64,000 bases of DNA from Chiloscyllium plagiosum (Eukaryota). This document shows positions 1-13,090 of this stretch, in pieces; the first letter of the stretch is position 1, and each line of letters starts with the position of its first letter. The translations under genes were made by a program, and so were the position numbers. Where the stretch lies: assembly GCF_004010195.1 (NCBI RefSeq), contig NC_057719.1, positions 45,033,766 through 45,097,765 on the forward strand. The letters run 5' to 3'. Below the pieces are notes generated by a model, which was not told the origin of the DNA, searched no databases, and was given only the letters and a program-made list of their open reading frames with translations.

Positions 1-59
1 AAGTAGAATCATGAGAATTTTAATAGCTTCTCTGCCATTTCTCTATTCCCTAAAAAATA

Positions 60-260
60 TGTTTTATCTATATAAGAAATCTCCCAGAATTACAGATCCA
101 AGTGAACAGGGAGAATGAGGAGATAAAACAAATTAGTATTAGTAAAAAAGTTGTGCTGAAAGTTAATAAGTCTCTGGGACCTGATAGTCTACATTGTAGA
201 GTACTGAAGGAGGTGGCTGTGGAGATAATTGATGCATTGGTAATTTTGATGTTATGGTGA
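60..260 (+). mobile_element. Old CR1 LINE ORF2 fragment
   Basis: Resembles the CR1 segment at 60590-60760 (KSxGPDxLHxRVLKEVAxEIxDAL-like region); degenerate. Confidence 0.6.
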
Positions 261-2271
261 TAATAACAATGGAGCTGAATGAAGAGCAGGACTATGATCA
301 AATATTCGTGGTTCCGGGGTGCTCAAGAAAGATAAAGGAAAAAATTAGGAGTGATGATGTATTTTTGGTTAAGTAGAGCATTGCAGTACAGTAATAGAAG
401 ACAAAGATGTCTCAGACTTTCAGATTGATGCTAGTTTTGTGAGCATACACATACAGAAAGCTACCTGAAACTGCGATCTATTTCACAAGGATCTCTGACA
501 GCCAAAAGGACAGAGAACAATTTTATCTCTTAGGCTGGATTAAAACTCAGAAATGAAAGACCAACAACTGACTCACTGCACAATCCAAATCAAACAGTTG
601 TAGATGTTCAGTAAAAGTGTGTATAGTATTACAACGGATGTTAGCAGTAAGTTAGTTCAATAGTGTAACATACATTGCATTATTGTGCACTCTGAAATAA
701 GTACATTTTCTACATTAAATATACCTAAAATATGTTGGGGAAGGTAACAAATCTCTCTTTTTGAATAAGACCAGCAGCTAAATTATTTACATAAAAATGT
801 TATCATAATATGCAGTCCTCATTCTAGCTAATCCTACCTTTTGCCTAGCCCACCAAAACATGAATACAATCTGTGAATGGTACTACCTCCCTCTTGTGAC
901 AGAAGGAACACATGACAAAATTTTAAATTATATTTTAATCTTCTGTCTCCAGATTATCAGAGACCAGACATAAGACTGATGATATGTATCAAGTCCTGAA
1001 GGGTGGAGCAATGTGGGAACTGCCCATGAAGTTCCATTTTTTACTGTACAATTCCCCCTGCTTCGTGGCATCCTCAGTGAACATTTGAGTTAGAGTCAGA
1101 GACTTAGGACAGTTCCAATGTACTTACCTGAATAATTCTAAATAGATTAAAACCTGCCCAATTCCTGGGAAACTCCAGAATGAACTCCTCAGCCATCCCC
1201 TATGAACCCCTGACTACCAACTGAGCATCCAAACTGACCCAACTAGTTTTCGGAGTAGCAAAGTATTCAATAAGGGCTCAGTTCATGGCATATTGGAAAA
1301 CAAATGGTGGTACAGCCTGGATGTAGCTTTTCCAGATGAAATTTGGGAATCTTGTTGGTTGCCATTTGATGCCTTCAGTATATGCCTTCATTGTTTAGAA
1401 TGTTAACAATAGACATGACACTGTCATCTATTGGAGTGCTCTAAAAGACACAAATACATTGCAGGGAGGTTGTTCTTCACCCGTTCCACTTTAAATGGCT
1501 GCGCATTATAATTAAACTTGACAAAACATCAAAACTAACATTGCCTTCATTGAATGGATAATTCAAGCCTGGTGCAATTTTGTCCTTATCCTTTGCAGAT
1601 TATGGCAATATCAGGCAAAAGGTTATCAAAATTCTGCTAAGTGTTAATTTCAGGGAGGGTTTCCCTCTGTCAGTCCTACTGAGTACTCTTATACAAATTT
1701 ACATTGCTCACCTCATTCTGTGTGCACCACCTCTCTATGTTGCCATGCCCATCACTTGAAGTACTCACCACTGCAGGGAGCTTCTGAGATTACTGGTGCC
1801 AGCACATTTTTAAAGCATAACTATGCACCAAGTCAAGTGCTACCAGTTATGAATAGCCCCTCACAGTACTCATTAGGAGAGGGAAATGAGAAATTGAGAC
1901 ATCTGAGGGCATAATGGTGGCACAGGTGATACTTCATTGCAAATAGAAGCTCACATACATAAATGTATTACTATTTAACATCATTGTCTGTCTGATCATC
2001 TACATAGCTACCTGTCCTTAGCACTGTATCATCTCAGAACTCTAACTACTCTTTCTCTAATCCCCAGTATTGCATAACTTCTTGTCGTTGTCCACTGTAG
2101 GAGCATTATATGCTGGAAAGCCTTTAAGCACTTGAAAAATGTTAACTTGTATTGAACAACAGCAAAAGTAGAGAAAAAATGCAAACAAAATGGCTGCACT
2201 TGCTTCTGGGAACAAATAGTGACCACTTAACTTTTCAGCAGTAGCAAATTTACAGTCAAATTTACTGCAAT

Positions 2272-2492
2272 TGAGTTAATTCTATAGAGGCGGTTATCCC
2301 ATCACCAAGACACCCTTTATTCAAATATGGAGAGTCCTTAACACTGATAGCCAGCTTTCAGTGAACACAACCTCTGACACTCCTGTTTGCATCTGTCAGC
2401 CAGGGCTCTCTGATTAGACCAAATTAACAGCCCCAATGGCAGAACTCAGAGTCTATGAGGTCCACCTGGCTGACCTCGTTACAATCACTGCA
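2272..2492 (-). mobile_element. Solo LTR (221 bp)
   Basis: TG...CA termini, flanked by gcaat (2267-2271) and gcaac (2493-2497); AATAAA on the - strand near its 3' end; no ORF. Confidence 0.6.
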
Positions 2493-2524
2493 GCAACCAA
2501 CTGAAAACATTGGAACCGGGTGTC

Positions 2525-2690
2525 AATGAAGTTGTGTTAATGTTTCAGGTCCAATGACATACCTTCAGAACCTTATACACTAACTTTCCTTTCTCTCCAC
2601 AGATGTTGCCGGACCTGCTGAGCTTTTTCCAGCAATTTCTGATTTGTTTCTTATTTATAGCATTCAATGATCTTTGGGGTTTATTGTGTC
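2525..2690. mobile_element. Old Penelope-like terminal-repeat remnant
   Basis: ctctccacagatgttgccggacctgctgagc..tccagcaatttctg resembles the old PLE tails at 30342-30790 and 42450-42515. Confidence 0.55.
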
Positions 2691-2953
2691 AATTAATTAA
2701 TGACTAACATCCAACAATGCACCCTTCTATCATGTTGAAGGTGAAGTTCCTCTTGCTCAGCATCCTCATTTTCATTCTCAGAAAACTGCTGCTGATCTCC
2801 CAGTTCTTCAGAATCTATCATCCCTTATTTGCTTGCTCCAGTTGTGCAGAATACAATATGCAAAGAAAATGTAACACATTATCTGGAGTATTCTGGAAGG
2901 CTGCCTGATCAATCCAACTACTGCAGCCTCATCTTCAGAAGGCCTTAACACAA

Positions 2954-3252
2954 GGGTGGCGCAGTGGCTCAGTGGTTAGCACTGCTGCCTCACAGCACTA
3001 GGGTCCCAGGTTTGATTCCAGCCTCAGGTGACTGTCTGTGTGGAGTTTGCACATTCTCCCTGTGTCTGCGTGGGTTTCCTCCCATAGTCCAAAGATGTCC
3101 AGGTCAGGTGAATTGGCCGTGTTAAATTGCCAATAGTGTTAGGTGCATTAGTCAGAGGGAAATGGGTCTGGGTGGGCTACTCTTCGGAGGGTCGGTGTGG
3201 ATCTGTTGGGCCAAAGGGCCTGTTTCCACACTGTAGGGAATCTAATCTAATC
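2954..3252 (+). mobile_element. HE1-like tRNA-derived V-SINE, near full length
   Basis: A box tggctcagtgg, B-box-like gtttgattcc, V-domain tgtgtggagtttgcacattctccc, CR1-like 3' end and (aatct)n tail. Confidence 0.9.
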
Positions 3253-4276
3253 TGCTCCATGAAGGCCCTGCTGGAATAATGGGCTGTATTGCATCTACAG
3301 TGGTGGATCTCTCAGCTGGCTGCCATAAGTATACTTGACCTGTATTTGTGGTGGAAAGAGGCTGATTACAGTGTATCTGTGCTTATGTGTGTCACTATAT
3401 GGGAATGGGGCGGAGTGGGGCTTCACTGTGTCTTTCACCATTGGGAGTTGTGGAAAATTTGGCTTAAATCTCACTGGCTAGAAGTTGGTGCTATGTTCTA
3501 GCCTGTTAGTTACTTACTTTGTATATTGAATCCATTTTATTTTAAACTTGTGTTCTGTGTAGCACAGCCTACAGTGAAGCTGCAGCTTCTCCAATATTAT
3601 TCAGTGTTATTTGAAACCCTCCCATTGTGTCAGATGGCCTACTGGGAAACTTGGTGTGATGTGCTGAATGCAAAGGTAAACATCAATAGTTCCCACTGCT
3701 TCCTGAATTGGAATGGCTCAGATGAATTAATGACTGGTGAGACCAGTTATTAATAATATTTTTACAAAACATTTTAAAACACACATTTTTATATTATATG
3801 AAGTATTATATGTTGATCTATACTCTGCAAAATTTAATTATGTACTGAATGTTGTAGTGCTGCTTTATTTCTGTTCAGTTTTTGTTGGTATTTGGAGTCG
3901 CATTGATTTCACGTGTTAAAATGGGTCATATTAGAAAATAATTTTGAAAGCACTGATTTGGGAGCTTGGTAAAATATATTAACGTGTTTTGAATAAAAGT
4001 AAAATGTATTAATGCATATAATGCAAAATGCACATCACAGTTTTGAAAGCTGAGCTCATAAACCAACATTAGGTTAAGGCTGATCAGCAAATTTGGTTTG
4101 TAATTTAACTTGTGTAAGTTTTTCTTATATTGCTGTTCTGGAAAATATAAATGTGCAGAATCTTAAAAACTTTACATCTCCATAATGTTCAATATCTTGT
4201 CATGAAGGTGTGCTTTATGCCAGATAATGGTTTTTACTACATTGACTAGAAACCTGAATTGAACTTTTAAAAATAG

Positions 4277-4333
4277 TGTTGGGCCGAAGGGCCTGTTTCC
4301 ACACTGTAAGTAATCTAATCTAATCTAATCTAA
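4277..4333 (+). mobile_element. 5'-truncated HE1 SINE 3' tail between 68-bp direct repeats
   Basis: tgttgggccgaagggcctgtttccacactgta+(aatct)n; flanks 4209-4276 and 4334-4401 are identical. Confidence 0.85.
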
Positions 4334-6295
4334 TGTGCTTTATGCCAGATAATGGTTTTTACTACATTGACTAGAAACCTGAATTGAACTTTTAAAAATA
4401 GACTGAAGTGACTTGAACTCACAGACAAGATGGCTAGCTAATTTGCATTGCAGTACATTCCACATTCCAAACCAAGGGATTGAGACTCAATTTCCAAAGA
4501 AATCCATCAAAGGCACTGACATCAAAGGAATGTGAATGTATTTCCTATTTCATTAGCACAACATCCAGATACTCAGCTGGGTGGAATTAAATGATGAGAG
4601 CCTAATCACTTAAACAATTAGACCCTGGCAAAGAGGGAACTATCTAGATCTGACCTAATCAAGACACAATTAGAATGCATGATCATGTTCAAATTACTGG
4701 TGAGCTAGGTGAGGGCAGTCACATGACAAACTAGTGTTGTATGTTTTAAGGACATTTTTCTCAGCATACCTAAGGACAAGAAGTGGGGAGAGAGAGAGAG
4801 AAACTAAATACCTCTTTTAAACTAAAGAATGTCATGTTGTCAGTCGAGCACAGGGCAACCAGGGAAGCAATTCAATCCCTGCTCACAATAATGCTTAGAA
4901 ATAAAACTGAACATAATATTTTAAATCAGACAATGTTTTGGATAATAAAGAGGAAAGTTGTGTGGAATGGCATATGAGCAAACTTCAATACGTAAACTAA
5001 AAAATGGTAAGATTGTTCAGTATTTTGTTAATGTGGTGGTGGTCCTGACGACCAGCTGGAGAGCCAGTGGGAACTATAAATCATCTCTTTCTGTTATAAC
5101 TTGCTGAATAAAGTTCAGCTCAGATACAGTTAGATTGTGACGATCCTTGCCCAGGAAAAGGACCCTGACAATTGGAAGCCTTGGTGTCATGAGCTGCCAG
5201 TCAATCAGAATCCAGCAGCTGTATTGCATGGCAAAACCATGAGAGGGGTGGGGTGGGGTGGGGTGGGTGCAACTGCCAACTGGCAACCAACTGGGGCCTG
5301 GTGTTATCATCGGATCCCAGACCAGAGGTGAGTGATAGTGAGGGAATGGGAGGGTGGGGTTGTGGATTGTGGGAAAGGGGTGACAGCAGAGAAGACCAGG
5401 GTGGGACCCTCCCTTCGTGATGCTGGATGTCTCACGTTTGCGGAGAATGCTTTTGAGCAAGGAATGCCTTTGGAAGCCCACAAGCGATATCCGTGAGTTT
5501 ACTCATCATTCCTCCTACATGGTGTGCCACACTCCCCAGCCTCCACCAGGTTAGTGCCAGCTGTTGGGCAGCATTTATTGCTCAGTTAACTTCTCAACTG
5601 GCAGGAAGGCACTCCATGGGCCAAATACTATGGCAAAACTGTGGATGCTGGAAGTCTGAAACAAAAATAATGCTGGAGAAACTCAGCAGGACTGGCAGTA
5701 TCTGTGGAGAGAGAAATAGAGTTATCAGTGGCAAACTCTCCACAGGGAGAGGGCATTAAATTTTACTCATTGAGTGACTTCACTTCTAATATATAATCAC
5801 ACAGATGTAGAAGTACTTATTTTAAGTTTATTTGTGCCCAAGGTCTAATCAGTGCTATTGATTCACTTTTGACTTTCTGCATTCTGGCTAAGGTTACATT
5901 TTATAACCATTCAATATAGTGGGGTCTTATTTTTCCCTACACTGCAAGCAGAGTACTTTGGGTCATTTTGTTACTAATATAGTTGCCATGTGTTTCAACA
6001 CATCAAGAACAAGTTTAGTCTCAGGCTACAATTGATGTTTACGCTACAATTCTAATTAAGGTATAATTTTAAATTAAGGTTTTATTAGACTTTGAGGAAA
6101 GTGGAAAGGAAATCACAGGTTACATTCATTGCAAGAAATGCAGCAACGTTCTGCTGAGCAGAGATGAAGGGAATCTTTTATCAAGTAATAAACCAGTCCA
6201 TTATCAGCATAAAAAAAGTATTCACAAATCTCTTTGTTGGGGATGATGAAGGACCAAAAAAGTGGTGTGCCCAACATTTAAGATCAGTTCAACTT

Positions 6296-6415
6296 GTTTA
6301 GAACATTACAGCACAGTACAGACCTTTCGGCCCTCGATGTTGCACCAACCTGTGAAACCAATCTGAAGCCCATCTAACCCACACTATTCCATTATCGTTC
6401 ATATATTTATCCAAT
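6296..6415 (-). mobile_element. CR1 LINE 3' end fragment
   Basis: Matches the 3' ends at 21110 and 62920 (gaaca..acagcacag..ccttcggccc.cgatgttg). Confidence 0.7.
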
Positions 6416-6439
6416 GATTGATGCAATTAATACTGAAAC

Positions 6440-6950
6440 ATTGTGATGTTGTTCCAATGTAGCGGGAGTGGATGTTGAATGAGAGGATTGGGGCTTGGGG
6501 AAGGTAGACATGGATGGCTTTTCTCCATTTGTTCATAGGATGCTTCAGAATCTGAGGAGTCAAGAATGGTTCTGAACATTATGCAATCTTCAGCAAACAT
6601 CCTCACATCTGACCTTATGATGGAGGGAAGATCATTGATGAAATGGCTGAAGATTATTAGGCTGAGGACACCATCCTGAAGAACCGGGTTTCTTGCTGTA
6701 TAGTGGCAGTGTCCCTATCTCTAGATCATGAGGTCCAAGTTCAAGTTCCACCTGCTCCATAGGTGTGTATTAATACCTCTGAACAGGTTTTTGAGGAAAA
6801 TGTCTATCCTGAAGAACACCTGCAGTGTTGTAATTGGACTGAGATAAATGACCTCCAATAACCACAACCATCTTCCTTTGTGCTGGATATGGCTTTAACC
6901 AGTGAAGAATCATCCCTTAATTTTCTGGAGTAGCTCAGTACTATACTTGG
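6440..6950 (-). mobile_element. Old non-LTR LINE (second family) RT fragment
   Basis: Reverse complement reads as decayed QGSVLxP..FINDLPSIIRSDVxMFAxD; interrupted by a short SINE. Confidence 0.65.
6685..6805 (+). mobile_element. Short (121 bp) tRNA-like SINE with 12-bp TSD
   Basis: TSD atcctgaagaac at 6673-6684 and 6806-6817; A-box-like tatagtggcag and B-box-like gttcaagttcc. Confidence 0.6.
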
Positions 6951-6954
6951 TTAT

Positions 6955-7062
6955 TTGCCTGAAATGTTAATTTTCTTGGTCCTTGGATGCTGCCTGACCT
7001 GTTGTGCTTTTCCAGCACCACACTCTCGACTCTACTCTTCAGCGTCTGCAGTCTCACTTTGG
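6955..7062 (+). mobile_element. PLE terminal-repeat fragment (family 1), decayed ribozyme half
   Basis: ggatgctgcctgacctgttgtgcttttccagcaccacactctcgac tail shared with 14470-14567. Confidence 0.75.
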
Positions 7063-7149
7063 CCCATTATTCTCTGTGCATGATCAGAGGCATCTCGAAT
7101 AGTGCATGGACATAGTTGCCTTGGTGATGTTGTCCAATTTCTAAATGGT

Positions 7150-8898
7150 TAGAGTCATAGAGATGTACAGCATGGAAACAGACCCTTCAGTCCAACCTGT
7201 CCATGCTGACCAGATACCCCAACCCAATCTAGTCCCACCTGCCAGCATCTGGCCCATATCCCTCCAAACCCTTCCTATTCATATACCCATCCAGATGCCT
7301 TTTAAATGTTGCAATTGTACTAGCCTCCACCACTTCCACTGGCAGCTCATTCCATACACGCACCATCCTCTGCGTGAAAAGGTTGCCCCTTAGGTCTCTT
7401 TTATATCTTTCCCCTCTCACCCTAAACCTATGCCTTCTAGTTCCCCACCCCAGGGAAAAGACTTTGTCTAGTTATCCTATCCATGCCCCTCATGATTTTA
7501 TCAACCTCTATAAGGTCAACCCTCAGCCTCCGACACTCCGGGGAAAACAGCCCTAGCCTATTCAACCTCTCCCGATAGCTCAGATCCTCCAACACTGGCA
7601 ACATTCTTGTAAATCTTTTCTGAACCCTTATAAGTTTCATAACATCTGTCCGATAGGAAGGAGACCAGAATTGCACTCAATATTCCAACAGTGACCTAAC
7701 CAAAGTCCTGTACAGCCGCAACATAATCTCCCCAACTCCTGTATTCAATACTCTGACCAATAAAGGAAAACATACCAAACGCCTTCTTCATGATCCTATC
7801 TACATGTGACTTCACTTTCAAGGAGCTATGAAACTGTACTCCAAGGTCTCTTTGTTCAGCAACACTCCCCAGGACCTTACCATTAAGTGTATAAGTCCTG
7901 CTAAGATCTGCTTTCAAAAAATGCAGCACTTCACATTTATCTAAATTAAACTCCACCTGCCACTTCTCAGCCCATTGGCCCATCTGATCAAGATCCCATT
8001 ATAATCTGAGGTAACCTTCTTCACTGTCCACTACACCTCCAATTTCGGTGTCATCTGCAAACCTACTAACTATACTTCCTATGCTCACATTCAAATCATT
8101 TATATAAATGATGAAAAGTAGAGGACTCATCGATCCTTGTGGAACTCCACTGGTCACAGGCCTCCAGTCTGAAAAAACAACCCTCCACCACCATCCTCTG
8201 TCTTCTACCTTTGAGCCAGTTCTGTATCCAAATGGCTAGTTCTCCCTGTATTCCATGAGATCTAACTGTGCTAACCAGTCTCCCATGGGGAACCTCGTTG
8301 AATGCCTTACTGAAGTCCATATAGATCACATTTACCATTCTGCCCTCATCAATCCTTTATGTTACTTTTTCAATAAACTCAATCAAGTTCATGAGACATG
8401 ATTTCCTACGCACAAAGCCATGCTGACTATTCCTAATCAGTCCTTGCCTTTCCAAATACATGCAAATTCTGTCCCTCAGGATTCCCTCCAACAACTTGCC
8501 CACCACCGATGTCAGGCTCACCGGTCTATAGTTCCCTGGCTTGTCCTTACCACCCTTCTTAAACAGTGACACCACATTAGCCAACCCCTAGTCTTCCAGT
8601 ACCTCACCTGTGACTATCGATGATACAAATATCTCAGTAAGAGGGCCAGCAATCACTTCCCTAGCTTCCCACAGAGTTCTAGTGTACACCTGACCAGGTC
8701 TTGGGGATTTATCCACTTTTATGCATTTCATGACATCCAGGACTTTCTCCTCTGTAATATGGACATTTTTCAAGATGTCACCATCTATTTCCCCACATTC
8801 TGTATCTTCCATGTCCTTTTCCACAGTAAATACTGATGCAAAATACTCATTTAGTATCTCCCCCATCATCTGCAGCTCCACACAAAGGCTGCCTTGCT
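7150..8898 (-). mobile_element. CR1/HER1-like LINE, 5'-truncated, disrupted ORF2 (RT)
   Basis: ORF fragments ANVVSLFKKGGKDKPGNYRPVSLTS, YMDFSKAFNEVPH, WQVEFNLDKCEVLHF, FTQRMVRVWNELP; many frameshifts. Confidence 0.95.
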
Positions 8899-9739
8899 CA
8901 TATCAAACTGATGGCCATCTTACTGGTATCACTTCCTTCTATTTCCTAATTCATTTTTTGACATACCAATCACTTTTAAGATCATTCCTACATGACACCT
9001 TGTGTCTCTTAGTTTAAGAATTTCATAGATCTTTACCAACATAAGCTTGCATTATTGAATAGTTTATGCATTTGCTTTGAGTAGGTATTGTCACCTCCCA
9101 GTGATAGATTACCAGCCCAATCTTCCAACTGATATATCTGAATATTCCCACCAATTTTCAATCTCCCAAACTGCAAGGGCGGTGTGTGATTCTACAATAA
9201 TTGTTTTACTTAAAACAAATTAAAACTCACAGTAACCATACAAACTAATATGTGTAGGACTGTTACATATTTAGTCACAAAATTAAACCAATTTGAAACA
9301 TGTTGAGTCAAAGCATCTTATATTTTCACAATTTACATTTGATTGAACCATAAACAAACCCATAATACCCTACATCAATGATGTTAGAATCAGAGCTCCA
9401 TTGAACCTGAATCCTATGATTTAATTGGATTAAATGCAAGTCACATAGTTTGTTGGAGGGATTCTTGACATGAGGCTGAGAGTTTTCTTGACAAATCTTA
9501 CCAAACTTGCTGCATTCATTGTCAGCCACCATCTTACCACACACCATTCCCGTAATAACTCACCAACCACTGAATATCCCAAAATTGACTGGCATCCCTG
9601 CTGAGGGTGCCATATTTAAAGGCCTGTTGATCTCCCAGACAAGCACTGTCAGTCTAGAGGTTTGCTGCATAGTTTGTTAGATCTGGCATGGACATGAGAG
9701 ACAGGAGGAGGTTGTCCCACTTTACAGCCAGGGTCCTGA

Positions 9740-11110
9740 AGGTCTTCTTCGCTCACTTAATTTCTTTTTTTAAGTTACCCATTCACTTTTTGTATTCTCC
9801 TCAAGCTTCTATTGTTTTGGGCCCTTGAAACCTAATGTAAGCTTCCCTTTTTCTCCCAATATCTAATCCTGTACATTTCGACATCCAGGGTATCTAGACT
9901 CCAGTCACTGCAGGGACCACCTCACAGCTCGGAGAAAGTGAGGACTGCAGATGCTGGAGATCAGAGTCGAGAGTGTGGTGCTGGAAAAGCACAGCAGGTC
10001 AGGCATCATCCGAGGAGCAGAGAATCCTTTCGGCTCTTGCCCGAAACGTTGATTCTCCTACTCCTCGGATGCTGCCTGACCTGCTGTGCTTTTCCAGCAC
10101 CACACTCCCACCTCATATCTTACTGAGTTATGGCCACTATCACCAAAATGCGGTCTGGCAACTTTACAACTTACCAATTTTATTCCCTAAAACATAGTTG
10201 AGCACCACCTCCTCTTGTAGAACGTTCTGTACGCTGGCTTTAAAACTCTCCTGGATACAATTTAAGAATCCTGACACCTTTAATCCTTTCACAGTTTGTC
10301 TATCCGAGTTATCAGGGTGGTTGAAATCCCTAATATTATTACCTTATTATTTTGAACTTCTCTGAAATTTACCTCCATTTCTATCCTTGCATCTCTCCCT
10401 TACAGTTTAGAGGATGTATAGTGCAATCTCAACAATGTGATTGCTTCTTTTCAGTCTCACTTATTTGACTCCAATTGAGGAACCTTAAGACATTATCCCT
10501 GTTTAATGCTGCAATTGACTCTTTAATCGATTTGCATTCCTTGTTTCCTGTCTCTCTCTCTCCCCCCCTCTCCCTGGTCAGTTCCTTAACTCTCTGCCAC
10601 TCTAGTTGAAACCCTCCCAAACAACACAAGCAAACAACATTCCTTCCCCTATCAAATGCTGACAATGGTCTTGGTCCTGGCCAGATGCCACCTGCCTCAG
10701 TGTTCAAAATAAATTCTCTCTTCATTCTCTACTCTCTTTTTAAACTTGCTGCTGTGTTAAAAATAAATCACCTCCACACACTCTGCGCTCTTTTTAAACT
10801 TACTGCTTCCTCTCTCTGCATTGTGTTCAGAACTGGTACTCGTCCAATCACCTTGAGAACCAATCCTAATGTCCCAATAATCTTCCCACACCATTTCTTC
10901 AGCCACATGTTCATCTGATAAAATCTGGTATTTCTACATTACTAGAACATGCAACTGTTGGAATCCTGAGATCGCCACCTTTCAGGTCCCACCTTGTAAT
11001 TTACATCCTGATTTCTATATTCACCTTGTAGGACCTCTTGCCTTTTTTACTTATGTCATTGGTATCAATATGTACCATGCCCACTGGTTCCCTCCCTTGT
11101 GCTAGTTTAG
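9740..11110 (-). mobile_element. Old CR1 5' portion (EN region and ORF1 esterase remnant)
   Basis: Reverse complement of 11051-11080 gives MVHIDTNDI (CR1 ORF1 VHIGTNDI-like motif); similar to 27640-28110. Confidence 0.6.
9931..10107. mobile_element. Inverted pair of PLE terminal repeats with TSD
   Basis: - arm 9931-10026, + arm about 10032-10107; flanks ccacctcacagct (9917-9929) and ccacctcatatct (10108-10120). Confidence 0.85.
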
Positions 11111-11760
11111 AAGTGTAGGTTTTTCTCTGATTCTGGAGATTGAAGCACAGTCCCTAACAGCAATTGCTCAACAATTAATCAGCTCCTGACTTTCCAGTGA
11201 TGCCATTCTCACACATTTTAAAACTTAGCCAAGCAGTTCCGGAAGGAAACTCACTGTGACCTCATCTCTCTTGCTGTGTTCAGAATAAATCACCTCCTCG
11301 CTCTCCATTCTCTTTTCAAACTTACTGCTATTTCCTCTCTCTGTGCATACTCAGAAAAAAAAAATCTCCTCACTCTTTTTAAAGTTACCGTTGCCTCCTC
11401 TCTCTGTTCAAAATAAATCATCTCCTCATTTTCTTCACTGTTGTTAAATTATACTGCTCCTCTCTCTGTGCTGTGTTCAGAATAAATCACCACCACACAC
11501 TCAGTAATCTTTTTAAACTTACTGCTTCCTCTCTTACTATGATCAGAATGAATTCCGTCTTCTCACTTTTTAAAACTGCTGCCTCCTCGCTGTACTGTGT
11601 TTAGAATAAATTCCCTCTCCCTGCTCTTATTAAAAACTACATCCTCTTTCTATTATGTTTAGAATAAACCCCCATCCCCAACCCCTCCCCCACCACTCTG
11701 TCCTTTTTAAAACATATTGAGTCCTCTCTCAGTTATATTTTCAGGATGAATTCACTTCTT
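10700..11760. repeat. Degenerate 55-80 bp tandem repeat (about 2 + 8 units)
   Basis: Recurrent tgttcagaataaatcacctcctc...tttttaaacttactgcttcctctctc at 10700-10830 and 11277-11760. Confidence 0.8.
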
Positions 11761-11789
11761 GTCCTTTGCAACTCTTGGCTAAGTTTTTT

Positions 11790-12775
11790 TGCATTCCAGA
11801 CTTTTATGAAAGTCAAATTTTACCATCACCATGGTGGGATTCCAATCATGTGTGACAGTAGCACTAAGCTGCTGCCTTCACTACTCCCATTGCAGCATCC
11901 AAGGCCTTTAGCCATTTCTGGAAATCACATGGAATAAATCACATTGACTGAAGTTTGGTTCGTTAAAGCTGAGCACCTCAGAAAAAGGCCAAGCTGGCTC
12001 ACTTACTTGACAATGCTGGCTGAAGATACACCCAAGTGCTGCAGCCTTGTCTTTTCTGCTGATGTGTTGGGTTCTCCTGTTGTTGAGAATGAGACTCTGT
12101 GCAGAACCTCCTCCTGGTGTTATAGAGTCATAGAGCTGTACAACATGATGACAGACTCTTTGGTCCAACTTGTCCATGTCCACCAGATATCCTAAATTAA
12201 TCTAGTCCCACTTGCCAGCATATCCCTCTAACCCCTTCCTATTCATGTACCCATCCAGATGCCTTTTAAGTGCTGTAATTGTACCAGCCACCACCAAATT
12301 CCTCTGGTAGCTCGTTCCATGCACGCTCTACCCTCTGCATGAAAATGTTGCCCCTTAGCTTTTTATATCTTTCTACTCTCACCTTAAACCTATATCTTTA
12401 GTTTTTAACCCCCCCCACCCCAGGGAAAAGACCTTGTTTATTTACCCTACTATGCCCCTCATGATTTTATAAACCTCTAGCCCCCGATGCTCCTGAGAAA
12501 ATAGCCCAGCCTATTCAGCCCTCCCTAAGCTCAAACCCTCCAACCCTGGTAATATACTTTCAAGTTTCACAACATCCTTCCTAAAGTAGGATTAGAATCA
12601 CCTTTCATGGCTGGAGATGGCTGAACAGTGATAAGTAGATCACTTAGCCCTGGCTTTGGCATGCTGCATCCAGTGTTTGACCTGCAAAAAACCTTATCAG
12701 GTTATTAGGTGTGCCTGATTCTGCTCTTGGCGTGCCCTTCTGCAAACATCATTGAACCAGAGTTGAACTCCAGGC
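11790..12775 (-). mobile_element. Old non-LTR LINE (second family) ORF2 fragment
   Basis: PGGGSAQSLILNNRRTQHISRKDKAAALGCIFSQHCQV is homologous to + strand 14820-14975; split by a CR1. Confidence 0.7.
12123..12595 (-). mobile_element. CR1 LINE 3' fragment
   Basis: Homologous to 7150-7660 (tagagtcatagag..tacagcatg..). Confidence 0.9.
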
Positions 12776-13090
12776 ACTCTGGGTGGGCAGTTCAATATCA
12801 GAGTGGGTTGACATCCACCACACTGACGAAGCTGGTTGAGTTCTACATTTCTGTTAGTCTGTGTATGTAGTAGGTCACGAGGTAACCAACAACAGGGAAA
12901 ACACACTTGATCTCATCCTCACCAGTTTGTTAGATACACCTTTTCATGACAGTATTGGAAAGAGTGGCCACTGCACAGTCCTTCTGGAAATGAAGTCCCT
13001 CCTTCACAGTGAGAATAACATGCAGCATTTTGTAAGGCACTATCACTGCTAAATGGGACAGACTTCAAATGGAACTAGCAACTCATAGAT

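Noticed and set aside
1120..1135. Strong - strand donor cag|gtaagta
   Set aside because: Lies in sequence resembling the repeat-like block near 53860-54060; no partner acceptor or ORF found.
2954..3030. tRNA gene
   Set aside because: tRNA-derived SINE head continuing into V-domain and LINE tail; no complete cloverleaf.
10700..11760. CRISPR-like repeat-spacer appearance
   Set aside because: Eukaryotic context, degenerate repeats, related spacers, no cas genes.
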